The translations under genes were made by a program, and so were the position numbers. The notes under the pieces were generated by a model. It saw only the letters and a list, made by a program, of their open reading frames with translations. It was not told the DNA's origin and searched no databases. A stretch of DNA of 64,000 bases from Octopus vulgaris (Eukaryota), in NCBI GenBank assembly GCA_951406725.2, contig OX597817.1, positions 20,894,001 through 20,958,000 of the forward strand, in the 5' to 3' direction. Below, piece after piece: positions 13,574-27,585 of the stretch; the stretch's first letter is position 1; the number at the start of each line of letters is the position of its first letter.

Positions 13574-14082
13574 GTAATTTATACACACATACACACACAC
13601 AGAGATATATATATGCATACAAACACACACACAAACACATATGCACACATATGTATTAAGACATACATAAGTATGTATATATACATTTATATATGACTAC
13701 ATATATACATAAAAATATGTGTATCTTTATGTGTATATATTTATATATATATTTTTTCCTATGCAGAAACTCCCGTACACACACATATATACAGATACAT
13801 ATATGCGCCTACATAATTGTGTGCTAGTGTGTACTGTTATACTGTAAGTGTCTGCACGTGTATTATAGCTGTACTATTATATAACCTGTTTCCGAGAGGA
13901 TGAGATATCAATCTGTGATACGATAACAAATTGATAAACAAGCTGCAGACATAACTGCTGTTTTATCTACCCGTTTATCAACAACCTGTAACGATAAATA
14001 ATAAAGCTAAATTTCTCAATGTTCGTACATAGATGTTAACAATTCACAGAGCCAACAACATATAATTATATATATATATACG

Positions 14083-14126
<44 letters not shown>

Positions 14127-14137
14127 AGTGTGTGATG

Positions 14138-14188
<51 letters not shown>

Positions 14189-14214
14189 GAGAGAGATTGA
14201 AAAATAGATATATG

Positions 14215-14254
<40 letters not shown>

Positions 14255-15003
14255 CATGTATAAGTATAGAATATCATAGAATGATTTGCAGCACAAAGCT
14301 GAAAATTTTACCTTCTGAAATTACTCTATAATTATTGTAGAAATTTTGATGTTTTATATATATAATTGCAAAATGATATCAACTGAATATTAAGAAGGAA
14401 CAAAACAAAAGAAAAATGCATAGATACAGGTTAGGAATTTCAGAAATATTACACGTGAACTTGAAAATGTTGGTTATTAAATCTCACCGACCAGGCTGGT
14501 GAAAACGGCATATTTATCTTCCTTAACATGTTGAATGTAGACCTTAGCAATTATTAAAACACAGAAGTCTGAAGGTGCTAACATAATATGTGAGAAGTGA
14601 AAAGTAATGAAAAAAGTTAGTTAAAGAAATATGGAAAATGAAGCCTGTTGCTTTCACTGTCAGGGAGGGGAATTATATGCAACCAGTGTTCAAGATGGAT
14701 CCTGCCATCACAGGACAGACAAATATTGTGTAGTAAAACTGACATATGAGACAAAAAGATATAGAGAGAAAGGACGAAAGTAAGAGTGAACGGAAAAGAG
14801 GGAAAAAGACTAAAAGATAGAAAGAGAGAGAGAGAGAGAGAGAAAGAAAGAGAGAGAGAGCAAGAGAGAAAAATAGAAACACAATTGACAGCGAAAAAGG
14901 GGTGACAGCATATGAAGAACAGAAACCGTGAATGGGAGTAATTAAATCACGATAATTTGAGTAACACATCGGTATTTCGAAGGAATCAGACTTGGTGATA
15001 CAT

Positions 15004-15046
<43 letters not shown>

Positions 15047-15051
<5 letters not shown>

Positions 15052-15158
15052 ACATGTATGTTTGCATGCACGTATATATATGTATATGCATACATATTCA
15101 TGTATATGCATACAAAATTTTGAGTTGGTTCAAAATATATAAATACATATATATACAT

Positions 15159-15235
<77 letters not shown>

Positions 15236-15330
15236 ACATGTATGTCTGTATGCACGTATATATATCTATGTGTATGCATATGCATGTATATGCATACAAA
15301 ATTTTGAGTTGGTTCAAAATATATAAATAC

Positions 15331-15340
<10 letters not shown>
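15047..15340 (+). repeat. Local tandem duplication (~110 bp unit separated by a (TA)n tract)
   Basis: gtatacatgtatg...atgcatacaaaattttgagttggttcaaaatatataaatacatatatat occurs at about 15047-15155 and 15232-15340. Confidence 0.8.
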
Positions 15341-15394
<54 letters not shown>

Positions 15395-15574
15395 TGGCGC
15401 AGAGAGGATGGACGTTTTTGAAAGTACCTTAAATCAACCAAAGCCAAAGATACCCAGAGTGAGAGAGACAACTTGTGACCTCGGTTCAAATTATAACTGA
15501 CCAATTGTAGAGAACGCTGGATTTAGACTTGCCACATTGTTGACCATAGGTTGGATTCTCGGTAATATTTCTAA

Positions 15575-15803
15575 TTTCTTTATTGCCCGCAAGGGAATAA
15601 ACATAGAGGGGACGAACAAGAACAGACAAACGGATTAAGTCAATTATATCGACCGCAGTGCGTAACTGGTACTTATTTAATCGACCCCGATGGATGAAAG
15701 GCAAAGTCGACCTCGGCGGAATTCGAATTCAGAACGTAGCGGCAGACGAAATACGGCTAAGCATTTCGCCAGGCGTGCTAACAATTCTGCCAGGTCGCCG
15801 CCT
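15575..15803 (-). mobile_element. tRNA-derived SINE (family B, MetaSINE-like core)
   Basis: Minus-strand head ggcggcgacctggcagaattgttagcacgcc...gttctgaattcgaattccgccgaggtcgactttgcctttcatccatcggggtcgattaaataagtaccag; the core resembles the MetaSINE domain (recalled, not searched); further copies at 40150-40550 and 42345-42475. Confidence 0.8.
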
Positions 15804-17626
15804 TAATATTTCTGTGAGTACACTTTCTTAAGCACCTTAGGGTAATATTGTGGATACATTTTACTTGAGTTGACTTCGTTAGCACAGGTACTTCCCTTTG
15901 ATAATCATGTTAGTAAGTTTCCTTGTACAATTTTTTTTGGTAACTCCTTTTCATAAATTTAAAATCACCTAGCCCCCACTTATATTGAAACTACCCGTGA
16001 ATAAATTTTAGTATTCCCTAGAACATTACTAGTGCACTCCTTTATCTACAGACCTCGTAGACCCGAGGTGTAGTTTTTATTAATACATTGGTCTTCTTGA
16101 CTTCTATTCTAGGCAATGTTTTCTTTCCTATTTCTTCTTCCCTTTGTTCATATTGCATGTCTTTGTCTTTTAATCTGATGAAGCTCCGTGTCTTAATTCG
16201 AATGTCCTACGCAGATGAAGAACTTTTTTTCACAATTATTTATAGACAGTGTTTGCAACGGTTACAGAAACGGCCGTATGATTTGTTATATTACCTATTT
16301 GTTATGCAATGATTTGTATAAAAAAGCTATAAATGTGGGTCCGATCAATGTGTTTGTTATCCTGAGAGATCTTCTCCATTTTCGAATTTATGCATATATA
16401 TAATATGTTCTCATGTACTTTTATCAAAAGTTTTTTTTTTTTAAATGAGATGTCAGTGTTATTTTCATTTATTCGTAATTTAGACAATAGTTTTTTCACC
16501 GCACCCTGTATATGTGTGTGCGTGTGGGGAGAGACAGAATGAGAGAGGGAGACACACAGACATACGGACAGGTAGACATACAGAGATAGATTGTTATATA
16601 GAGCGATAAACACGGTGTAGATAGTAATATATATTGATATAATGATGAAAGAACGATTCTTATATTGCACAAAGGGGAGAACACGCTCAAGTTTTTTTAT
16701 AGCTGGAGACATAAATGTGAGAATATTCTAAAATTCAACAGTGTTTCACACGTATAGCTGCACACAAGCGACTTCTTAAAATATGTGTGTATATTAAAAT
16801 GTCATTATGCATACGTGTATATATATATATGTGTGTGTGTATGTGTGTGTGTGTGTGTGTGTGTTTGTGTATACATATGTACATGTGTATGTATACGTAT
16901 GTACATGTTTGTATATATATATATATATATATATGTGTGTATTTAAGTATATATATATATATATATATATAAATGTATAATACATATATGGATATACACA
17001 TATATGTATGTGTGCGTGTGTGTGTGTGAATGTGGGTGTGAGATTGTTTGCACTAGAGAACGAGACATAGAGAGTCAGTTAGAGAGATTAAAAGAAAGTG
17101 AGATGCAGATAGCAGATTTATTGATATCTTAAATGGAAATATTTTGTAGGCTGGAGGTGGAACTATACTTTTCATTATAGAATGATGCACTTAATGAACT
17201 ACTCAAAATCTAACACGTTATACATTAGCAAAGTCTTTTCTTCCTGATTCAAACCACTGCAGATGCTGTGCGGGCGATTGTAAAAAGAATATTTTGTAAA
17301 CCATATGCATGCACGCAGTTTCGCACGCATGCTTTTAGAAGCATACACATAAACACACGTTTAGTGAACTTGATCATCATAATCATCTTTCTAAGCTTTA
17401 TCATGATCATCATCGTCACCACAATTAGAATCAACATTATTGTAATCGAAAACTACAAGATCAACAATAATATCAGCTGCAATTAATCTCGCAAAATATT
17501 CCCAAGGCTTTCTGAATATTTTTTTTTTTTTACACATTTTCTATAACTGTATGTCATATATGAATATGTTTTCGTGATTGCTTCATTGCTAGCTAATAAA
17601 CAAATTTACACTCACAAATACGGAAG

Positions 17627-17687
<61 letters not shown>

Positions 17688-17698
17688 CATATATATAC

Positions 17699-17731
<33 letters not shown>

Positions 17732-17736
17732 CATAA

Positions 17737-17782
<46 letters not shown>

Positions 17783-17862
17783 TTATATTTATATGAACAT
17801 ATATATGTGTACATACACATGTGTGTGTATATATATATATGTATGTATATATAACTGTGCAG

Positions 17863-17918
<56 letters not shown>

Positions 17919-18404
17919 CATACATATATATGTTTATATTTATATGTACATATATATATATGTATACGCACATATATATATATATGTGTATGTATAAATA
18001 ATTGTACACATTTATGCACACATGAAGTGTTTTATGTATTTATTTTATATAATTTCATATTAGTTTACAAATGTGTAAGTATTGTACATCGTGTGTGTTG
18101 TATATATTTGGAATATTTGAAGATACTACTTATTGATATTAATATAATTTTCCCATTAAAAATTCTTTCAAAACTAAGAATTCATGGAGAGATTTTTTAA
18201 TATATCTTATAAATACGAGAGCAAATAAAACTTTGTGAGAACTAGAGATAGCAAATATGAATATGTCATGACAGAAAAGAAAGGGGAGTGCAGGAGACTT
18301 GAACAAAAGCCAAATGTTAATAAGCACATACCTTTTTACACGCACACAAACATACACACACACTCACATAGAAACTAGAAGCACCCACACTCACACATAT
18401 ACAA

Positions 18405-18447
<43 letters not shown>

Positions 18448-18473
18448 TATGTGTATATGTGTGCATGTGTGTT

Positions 18474-18624
<151 letters not shown>

Positions 18625-18663
18625 ATATAGATATGAATATATACATACACATACACACACACA

Positions 18664-18920
18664 TATTGGGTTATCCCATATATGATGCAGTTTTTTATAC
18701 TTCTATTTTTCAAAGTTAAGATAAACAACGATTTAAAAAAATCTAAGCTATACTCTCCTTCATGTTCTACAATGCTCTTCCATCTATCTTGCAAGGTTCC
18801 AGTTCCAAAATTCATATATCCGTGATGAAAACTACACCTCCAGCACTGTTCTAACCTTGTATACGAATTTCATATTTTTCCGTCCAAATGATTTGGAGAC
18901 TGCGAAATAAATGATAACAC
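18664..18920 (-). mobile_element. Mariner 3' end fragment with TIR
   Basis: Minus strand YHLFRSLQ...[16 protein letters not shown] (mariner C-terminus), followed by a TIR-like end (plus strand tattgggttatcccata at 18664). Confidence 0.75.
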
Positions 18921-19249
18921 TGGTCAACACACTTTTTGCTGACTTCGTTTTTGTAATTACTGTAATTAACTTTGAAACGCTTAGTTCAAATGTGTTATCC
19001 ATTTTTCCCTAACACATCAGATCTTCATTCTATAGAATACCTCTATTTTATGATGTACTGTATAAATTATTTACTTGGATAGATTACTACGTCTTATAGC
19101 TTACAACCATGTTATAAATGTCAATACAATATGAAATATAACATGGCATCAATTTTACTAAATACACACTGTTTTTCTAATATGAAGTTTAAAGCACGAA
19201 CTGTCATATATGGAACAAAATTTCGCTTGCGAAAATGTGGAGTATTTCA

Positions 19250-20780
19250 TATCTACACAGAGTCTTTGAATTCTCGAACATTAGTCTGTCGTCATGTATG
19301 TGTTCCATAGGCCTGTATATCTCTCCTCCATAATCCTGATTGTTTGATAAAAGCTCTCACCATGCTCATCTCTGACGTCTCCGAGATTAGGAAATTCCTC
19401 GAGAAGGCTATTGAAAAAAATGAAACTTTATGCTTATGTTGCAGCCTAAATCATGAAAGCTATAAAGTAATGTCTCCCAAAATCTTTGTAATTTGCAGCC
19501 TTTCTACTCTCCGCAAAATCCTTTTACAACAGTCACAGATGAATCCCATGTTCTTTTTTCTATGTCAGTCATCATGTTCGAGACATTCTGGCACCTTGTT
19601 AACTTTCTGATTTGTGGCCCATAAAAAAAACACCAGCCGTTATTTTACCATAACTTACGCCATAAAATGTTGTACATAAGAATATGAAACAGTTGCCTTC
19701 CACATTGAGAGCTTTGACAAATTACATCATTAGTCCTAGTTTAATATGAAGGTAGGGGAAAATGATTTTCTCTCGCTCAATACGTGATTGGTATATGATA
19801 TTCTTCTCCTCAACAGTCAAACATTTCCTAAATGATCAGAGTTTCTCTTCCGAATGTTTGTCTCTTGCCTGGCTATTCCATAAACATAGGAAACACGGAT
19901 ATTTTGTATACACAGTTTGTGGGCCAAGTAAAATGTGCCCGTTTTTACATCCACACATATGACCCATTTGTGTTCATCATACTTAAGTAATTCTAGTACG
20001 ACTTTCTATATGCTCATAATTCTATTTGAAGTGCACAGACTGACCAATAGGAAATGCACCAAATATGTTTCCATTACGGAATAATACACATTTTTCTTTG
20101 AATTATCTATAAAGAATCTCCATTCACTAAGATCTTACTGTTTAACACCCATCACGTTTAACATTCGGGCCACGGCTCAACTGTAAACAAAATCTTTTCC
20201 TGTTCTAAAGAATGTCAAGAGAACAGTTCTGATTACTCTTTTGACAGACCAAGGTCTTCACGCATGCAAAATGTTGTTATCTGTTTGGTTCTGCTTGGTT
20301 GAAGTTTTCATGTTCTTTGGTTGCTGTTTCTCCAAAGTCTATATCACTGTCATTCTCAGATCTAGTTTTGTTTTGAAAACATACATCTACCCAATGTAGT
20401 TCTCTCAGGCTTCCTAATTTCGAAATATATCATGTGCACATCTGTGTCTTCAACCTACCTTAACATATTGTCTGAGTGTTATAAAGGCTGTACCAAGCTG
20501 CTTGTACCAGGCCAAAAGTTGTGATGGGTGTCACACAGCTAGTCCTTTTACTCAAGGAATGCAATGAGTTTCCGTTGGCCTATTCGTTCCATGACTTTGC
20601 AGATGTGTGATGTCAAAGAAATGGTATATCCGCTGCTTCCTCCAAATAAATAGGACATATTGATCTCTTGTTTAATCTTTCTGGGAAGTCACCACTTGCA
20701 AGAAAACTCTGAAAAGGAACCTGCTCTGCTTTTCCGAGGGCACATTTAAAAGTTGCTGATTAATGCAAAGCAAGACATAA
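19250..20780 (-). pseudogene. Old CR1-like LINE reverse transcriptase remnant
   Basis: Minus strand near 20490-20700: LASGDFPERL...ISLTSHICKVMERIGQRKLIAFLE*KD*LCDTHHNFWPGTSSLVQ, homologous to the 54544-54735 ORF; the lower boundary is approximate. Confidence 0.6.
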
Positions 20781-21043
20781 CATAGCTAATAGCTGTTTCT
20801 AATCAAAATTCCCAGAATGCAATATAAACATAAAAGCGAAAATAAAATTCTTCATCTTCATAGGGCATTTGAATTAAGGCAACCGATCTGAATCAGAATG
20901 CAAAACAAGAGCATACAATATAAACAAAAGGGAGAAGGAAGAGGTAAGAAAACATGGTTTAGACAAATAGTATAAAATCCCACTATGTTAAGTGCGCATA
21001 AGTATTTACCATCCGAGCTCAAAGAACGTAGATAAGGGAATGA

Positions 21044-21081
<38 letters not shown>

Positions 21082-21129
21082 GCATACGTATACACACACA
21101 TACATACGCACATACATACACACACACAC

Positions 21130-21272
21130 AAAACTACTTTCAGTTTCTGTTTATCACATGCGTTCATAAAGCTTTGCTCAAGCCGAGTCTATAGTAGAAG
21201 ACACTTGCACAATGTGAGACTGAATCCGTAACGATGTAGTTACCAAACATGCTTATTTCCACACAGTCGCGT
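21130..21272 (-). mobile_element. SINE family C (CORE-like) 5' fragment
   Basis: ctatagtagaagacacttgcacaatgtg...taccaaacatgcttatttccacacagtcgcg is the reverse complement of the 43502 SINE head. Confidence 0.65.
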
Positions 21273-22045
21273 CTGCCGATTTCGCTGTCTTTTATTTTAG
21301 CTAAGAAAGAGATAAATGAATTGCAGTCATGACCTGCTATTAGTTGTAGCCTTATTACTTGCAATATTCAATTAATGATGATAATTACGATATGCGTTTG
21401 CGACAACACGGTGGTATTTATTATATTTCACAGAGATTAACATCTATCTATAAACACGGAGCTGCATTGCAGTTATATTGAATTCGTACTCTCTGAAACT
21501 CAACGGGTGACAATCAAAACTATCACCTTTATAGGATGTTTGTGACCTGCTTACGAGACGTGTGCTGTGAGAGGTTAGCAGTTAATAAATACTTTGACGA
21601 TGATAAATCCTAGAGAAATCTTTTTCTCCTCAATGGCGCCTATCTTTCCTCGGCTGCGTGTTTCTGTATTGCAGCCAGAAATCCAATCTCTTTAGAACCG
21701 CCTAAACAATGGCCAGCACAGCTACTTTTCTTTTCAAGTCTTACTTTTTTTAGCTTTGTCCTTCTCGATTCGGTGTAGTACGGCATAGGAAAATTATTCA
21801 TTCATCTCCTAGTCTACTGTTAAGAAACGAGCAAGTCACTTTATATATTCAATATAGAGTAGCACTGCTTCTTTTACCGTCTCACAAAATTGTATCTTCA
21901 CAATATTGCCAGATAGCCATTGACCCCATTGAAATAAAATGTCCTGCATTACATATAACTTGTTGAACTCTCTGTTAATTGGACTAGTTATTTAGATTTC
22001 AGCGAAACGCTAGATTATGTGCTGAGTATAGAAGAAGCATCAAGC

Positions 22046-22075
<30 letters not shown>

Positions 22076-22079
<4 letters not shown>

Positions 22080-22383
22080 CGTCATCACCGTGACCGAATA
22101 GGCTATCAGATGGTGCTACACATCGCTGGTCACAACGCGTTGCGCATTGATTTAGCCTTCAAATGACGCCACCCCGCTGGCTAAGTGAGCAGGCCAACAG
22201 AAGAAAGAGTGGGAGAAAGTTGCGGCGAAAGAGTATAGCAGGAATCGCCACCACCCACTGCCGGAGCCTCGTGGAGCTTTAGGTATTTTCGCTCAATAAA
22301 CACTCGCAACGCCCGGTCTGGGAATCGAAACCGCGATCCTACAACCGCGAGTCCGATGACCTAACCACCGGGCCATTGCGCCT

Positions 22384-22386
<3 letters not shown>
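22076..22386 (-). mobile_element. tRNA-derived SINE (family A), second copy
   Basis: Highly similar to 6135-6420 and includes a short segment (accccgctggctaagtgagc) absent there. Confidence 0.85.
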
Positions 22387-22462
<76 letters not shown>

Positions 22463-23299
22463 GATCAAAATAGAGATCTCTTGACATGTTCAACAAATTA
22501 TGACGCCTAAACCAATCACCAATCAACTTGAGTAATTTGGTAAAGCTACACACTGATTGGACAGAACAGAGTTTGCAAAAATTGACGTTCTGGAGCCTAT
22601 GATAATTTATATAGGGCAAATAGTTGAGCCATCTTACTAGAGTTGTAAATTCTAAAACAGAACTGTCATTACTGCAACATGAACCTGACGTGTGCATAGT
22701 TTGTATGAATGTACAAATGGACATTTACTATTCTATCATTTCATTATATTATTATAAGATTGTAAATAAAATGTGAAAAATCAAGCAAAATTTGAATTTC
22801 ATTGTGTAATATATATAAATAAGAAGTATTTAAGATGATTCGGTTGAATTAGGTAGGTAAGTGGAAGAACGAAGTCGAAATCTTTATATTAATATAATTT
22901 ACCTGTTAATGTTCATTAAGTTTTATGCAGCTAAATATACTGTTGCATTTAAATTGATATAATTATTGCATAAAATGGAGCCACTGGAATAGTCGTACTG
23001 CATTACTACTTGCAATCCTGTTCCTTACTTTCATTATATATATGTATATATATGTGTATGCATTAATATAAGGCATCCCATGAGAAAATATGTACTCCTT
23101 TACATAGCAATCCATTCATAAAGTAGTTCGTTTTAAAGTGAATCCACATGAGATGATTTACTTACGAATCTACCCAAATTACATAGAAAACTAACTAACA
23201 ATTGCATTTCAGTAGAGTTTTTCTTAATGTATAGTACATTAAACATATTAACGCTAACTTAAGTTTTTCCGATTCAGATGGGATCCCTGAGTCAACATA

Positions 23300-23445
23300 T
23301 ATAAGACGGACTTCTTTCAGTTTCCGCATACTAAATTCACGCATAATGCTTTGGTCGACTCGAGGATATGGTTGAAGGCATTTGCCCAATGTGCTGCGCA
23401 GTAGAACTGAACCCAGAAACCTGTGGTTAAGAAGCAAACTTCTTA
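23300..23445 (-). mobile_element. SINE family C fragment
   Basis: cttctttcagtttccg...ctttggtcgactcgagg...tttgcccaatgtgctgcgcagtagaactgaacccagaaacctgtggtt matches the 43502 SINE in reverse orientation. Confidence 0.7.
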
Positions 23446-23557
23446 TCACGTCCATTTTTTATATATATATATGTATATATGTACATGTATGTATATACGC
23501 ACACTCATATATACACACACACACATATATGGCATATACACACACGTGCAGACCCAG

Positions 23558-23606
<49 letters not shown>

Positions 23607-23990
23607 GATAGACATAGATAAAGATATGTATGTGTCTATGTTTGTGTATACATGCAAATTATTGTAATAGATTAATGCTACTGACAGTGACGTCCAAGTC
23701 AAAAACATTCTTGTATGACCAAAATGAATTTGTACGTAACAAATTTGCAAAGCAAACCATCAGGTTAATTCAAAATTCTTCAATTGTAACTGAAAATAAA
23801 AACAAACATTGATATATGTGAACGTTGTCCTTGTAATGTGACCCTCATTGGTTTTATTAAATGCCTATGTATGAAGTCGATAACATCACTAGGTTTTAAT
23901 ACGTACATCAGTATAGTTAACCTAGATTTTTAGTGGAATAACGTGTCAAGGGCAGATTTATCATATTCATATTTTCAGATTAATATCATT

Positions 23991-24051
<61 letters not shown>

Positions 24052-24839
24052 ATGTGTGTGTGTATGTGTGTGTTTGTGTGTGTGTATGTATGTGTGTGTG
24101 TGCGCGTGCGTGTTTTATATGAGTGTGTATTTGCATGTACGCGTTCTGTAATCATAGGAGTGCGTAAAGTTCCTCTCTTAATATTTCCAACATGCATTCT
24201 GCCTACGGAAAATTAGTTATTATATTTAGCAAACATCCTTTGTTTGTTTCATTCTCTCTTGTACTCTGATTCATTCTATCCCTCTCGTTCACTCTCTCTC
24301 CCTCTCTTCTTCTTCATCTTCCACCTTCTTGTCTCCCTCTCCATCTTCTTCAACTCCCTCCTCCTCATCTTCTTTTCTGTGTCTCTCTGTCTGCCTGTCT
24401 GTCTCTTTGTACCTCCCTTCCCACCTCACGTACACACAAGAACTAGAGCATGATTGTGCAAGAACAACTTCTGTGTTCAGAAAATATGTTGCTGGCATAT
24501 ATACTAAGGTTTACATGAACGAAATGGTGAGTCAATAACTGAGAATATCAAATATCTTAAATTTCTTTAGCGATATTGTGTCATCACTTCGTATGAAGTG
24601 AAGTATGAGAGTTCTAGACAGGGGAAAGTAATCAGGGAGTTTTTCGGTATGAGGGAGATAACCAAAAATGTTGGGAATGACTAGGTTTTATTAAGTTAAC
24701 ATGATTTGGTTTAGAAAGAATAGAATGTTAGAAGGGTTTGTTTTGCTTTTTTTTTTCAAATAGGTATGTTTCCTTATTCAAAATTGCTAGAAATGGTTAA
24801 ATTTTGACGTATATTTTTCAGTGAAGTAGATTGCATTAC

Positions 24840-25008
<169 letters not shown>

Positions 25009-27454
25009 GTACCTATACAAATATGTATGTTTAGGAGCTTTTTAGAGTAATTTTGAAAGCTTCATAAAACGGATCCTGTTTTAGTTCCTCAACGATTTTA
25101 TATTCGATTGAATATGATACAGTTCTCAATAGCGATATATTAAACGCGGTTAAAATTCCTAAGAATGTGAATACTGCATTATATATATACAGATACATTT
25201 CAAATTCTAAACAACTCACACACATATACGAATATATAAGCATTCTAATATATAAAGTATTATTATTATTTTTTTTTTAGTATATTTCCTTTTAGAAATT
25301 GCAAACAAATTTATCGATGAAAATATCTATTGATTAAGAAGCAGAAAGAAACAAAAGTCATGAGTGTGTGTGATAGAGATATTATGTGTAAAAGAATTGT
25401 TATAGTAAGTAGTATAGACTTGGTAGCTTCTAACTCTCAAACTATTATGCAATGCATAATTGACTCGTCGGAAATTCTGCTTGCATTAAATATAGTCGAC
25501 ATTAAAATTATCGATCTAATTTTACTGAAGCAAAGAAAATGTGGAAAGGTAGAAAGTAGAGACAAGTACATAAGTTAATATAAATGTATAGTACATATAT
25601 TAGATACTATATAGAACCGTGTCATCATTTATTGCAGCATTTGCAGTTTTATAACTTATATTACTTGTAGGCTTTCATTATTTTGTAATATTTTATTTAT
25701 TTCAGACAGCTTTTAAGAAACTAAATTATATGTAGTACTACTACAAAAATCGCAATGCTGATTGTACCTAGCTTTATAGAATTTTAACTTCCTTGAAAGT
25801 ATTTACATACAACGAGATTTCAGTTGGACGTACACAATATTTTTTTTCTCAGAAAGTTTTAGATATGTCACTTACGAAAACGTCTATTTTGTGAAAAGAA
25901 AATCAAGAAATTAAAGGGATTCCCTGAAATTGTCATTAATAATTGATCGTTTTGAACTTATCTTGACATGTTATAAATACAATACTACCGCAGATGATGT
26001 TAAATAATATAGTACATCAAAAGGAGAAATGTTAAATTGTAAACCATATAGACAAGGAGGATTTGCGCTGGTTGTTAAATGAAAAGGATTAAATCGATAC
26101 GATTATATATTTGCGAGATAAGGAATTTATATCATGTATACTGTTTGCCACAGTCGAACTTGTGCTCTCATCTTAAATGCCGATTTCACTATGCTACGGC
26201 TGTTCTACACTCCAGCTTTCATCAGGTGTCTTGTGTTGTACTCCGTTGTTGCTTCAGAATTGCTAATATCACCATTTACTTGATTCACAGATGTACACTG
26301 TTCTCATTCTTTACACTGCGTTTCGAGAAATTTTTGCTTCAGTGTATTTTCTGTGAATTACCTTAGTGTTATGACTGGGACTGTACTCAGAACTTCTAGT
26401 GATGTTGGTTAATGCAGTGCATGAGATTGAACTCAGGTTCTGAGTTCAAGATTTGAACCCCGTGATTCAAATATAGGATCAGGTTAGAAATTCCGATATA
26501 ATGAAAGATTTTAACACAAAACGCCTAAAGAATATACACTATACATGAGTATAAAATATACAAGAACATACAATATTCAAGAATATACAATATACATATT
26601 TATACAAATATTTGCATAACTCACAATAGTTTTTTACTTTTTGCGTATTCGCTAAAATAGAGGTGGGTTATTGTCTGTTGTCTTCATAAGTTGGATACGG
26701 CTATGCTATGGATGGATACCATATTAATAATGATGCTGAAGTTAGTTAATATTGCGTATCAAAAAGTCAGGAAAGGAATACTAAGGTATTCTTTCTGACG
26801 CACAGGGCATAATTTCATCCTGTGCAATTATTCCTTATTTATCTTTTCTCTGTCTATTATCACGTGCTATTAAACAAAGCAAGTCTTCCTGACATTTTTA
26901 CTGAAATAATAAAAAGAGAGCCTCTTACCAGGATCGCATTCTTTAAGATCTTCAACTGATGTTGTCAATTTACCTTAAGGAGTTATCGTATTCATCATGA
27001 TTAAAAAGTAACATATATTTCGCCATATATCAGCTTTCAAAAATATCCATGCACACGAAGGAAATAGATTATTAAACAACATAAAATCTTCAAATTCAGC
27101 ATTGTGTTTAGAGATAGGACAACGATTATCAATGCTAATTTAAAACCGGGTATTAATTGAAATGTTACTTGTGTTATTGCTCGACATTAGGGAACTTAAT
27201 TACAACACGTCATGCTATCCAAATGTTTATATTTTCTCTGTGCTAAATCCAGAATGCAAATCCTTCGCGTATAACGCTTTCATATAAGGATTCTAAATTT
27301 ATAAATTATCAACTGAAATATATTCAAGTTCATACAGTGTACGTCAAAATTACTAATCTCTGACATTCGATTTAAATGAAAATATATTATTTGTCGTAAT
27401 AAATACTACAAATATTTTGAAACTTGCATCACAAATTCTGGCTGTCAAGTTACA

Positions 27455-27476
27455 AAATAATGATAACAATGAAAAC

Positions 27477-27514
<38 letters not shown>

Positions 27515-27585
27515 TAATAGTAATGATAATAATAATAATGATAATAATAATAATACTAATAATAATATTAATAATAATAATAATA
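27455..27585 (+). repeat. Imperfect (AAT)n microsatellite, insertion target of the adjacent LINE
   Basis: Read directly; translates as poly-Asn in ORF 27417. Confidence 0.9.

Noticed and set aside
16175-16210. ctgatga followed by a possible hammerhead fold
   Set aside because: No properly placed GAAA and no supporting stems.
16493-16510. Tc1-like TIR end (minus strand tacagggtgcggtgaaaa)
   Set aside because: I found no matching partner TIR or transposase motif nearby.
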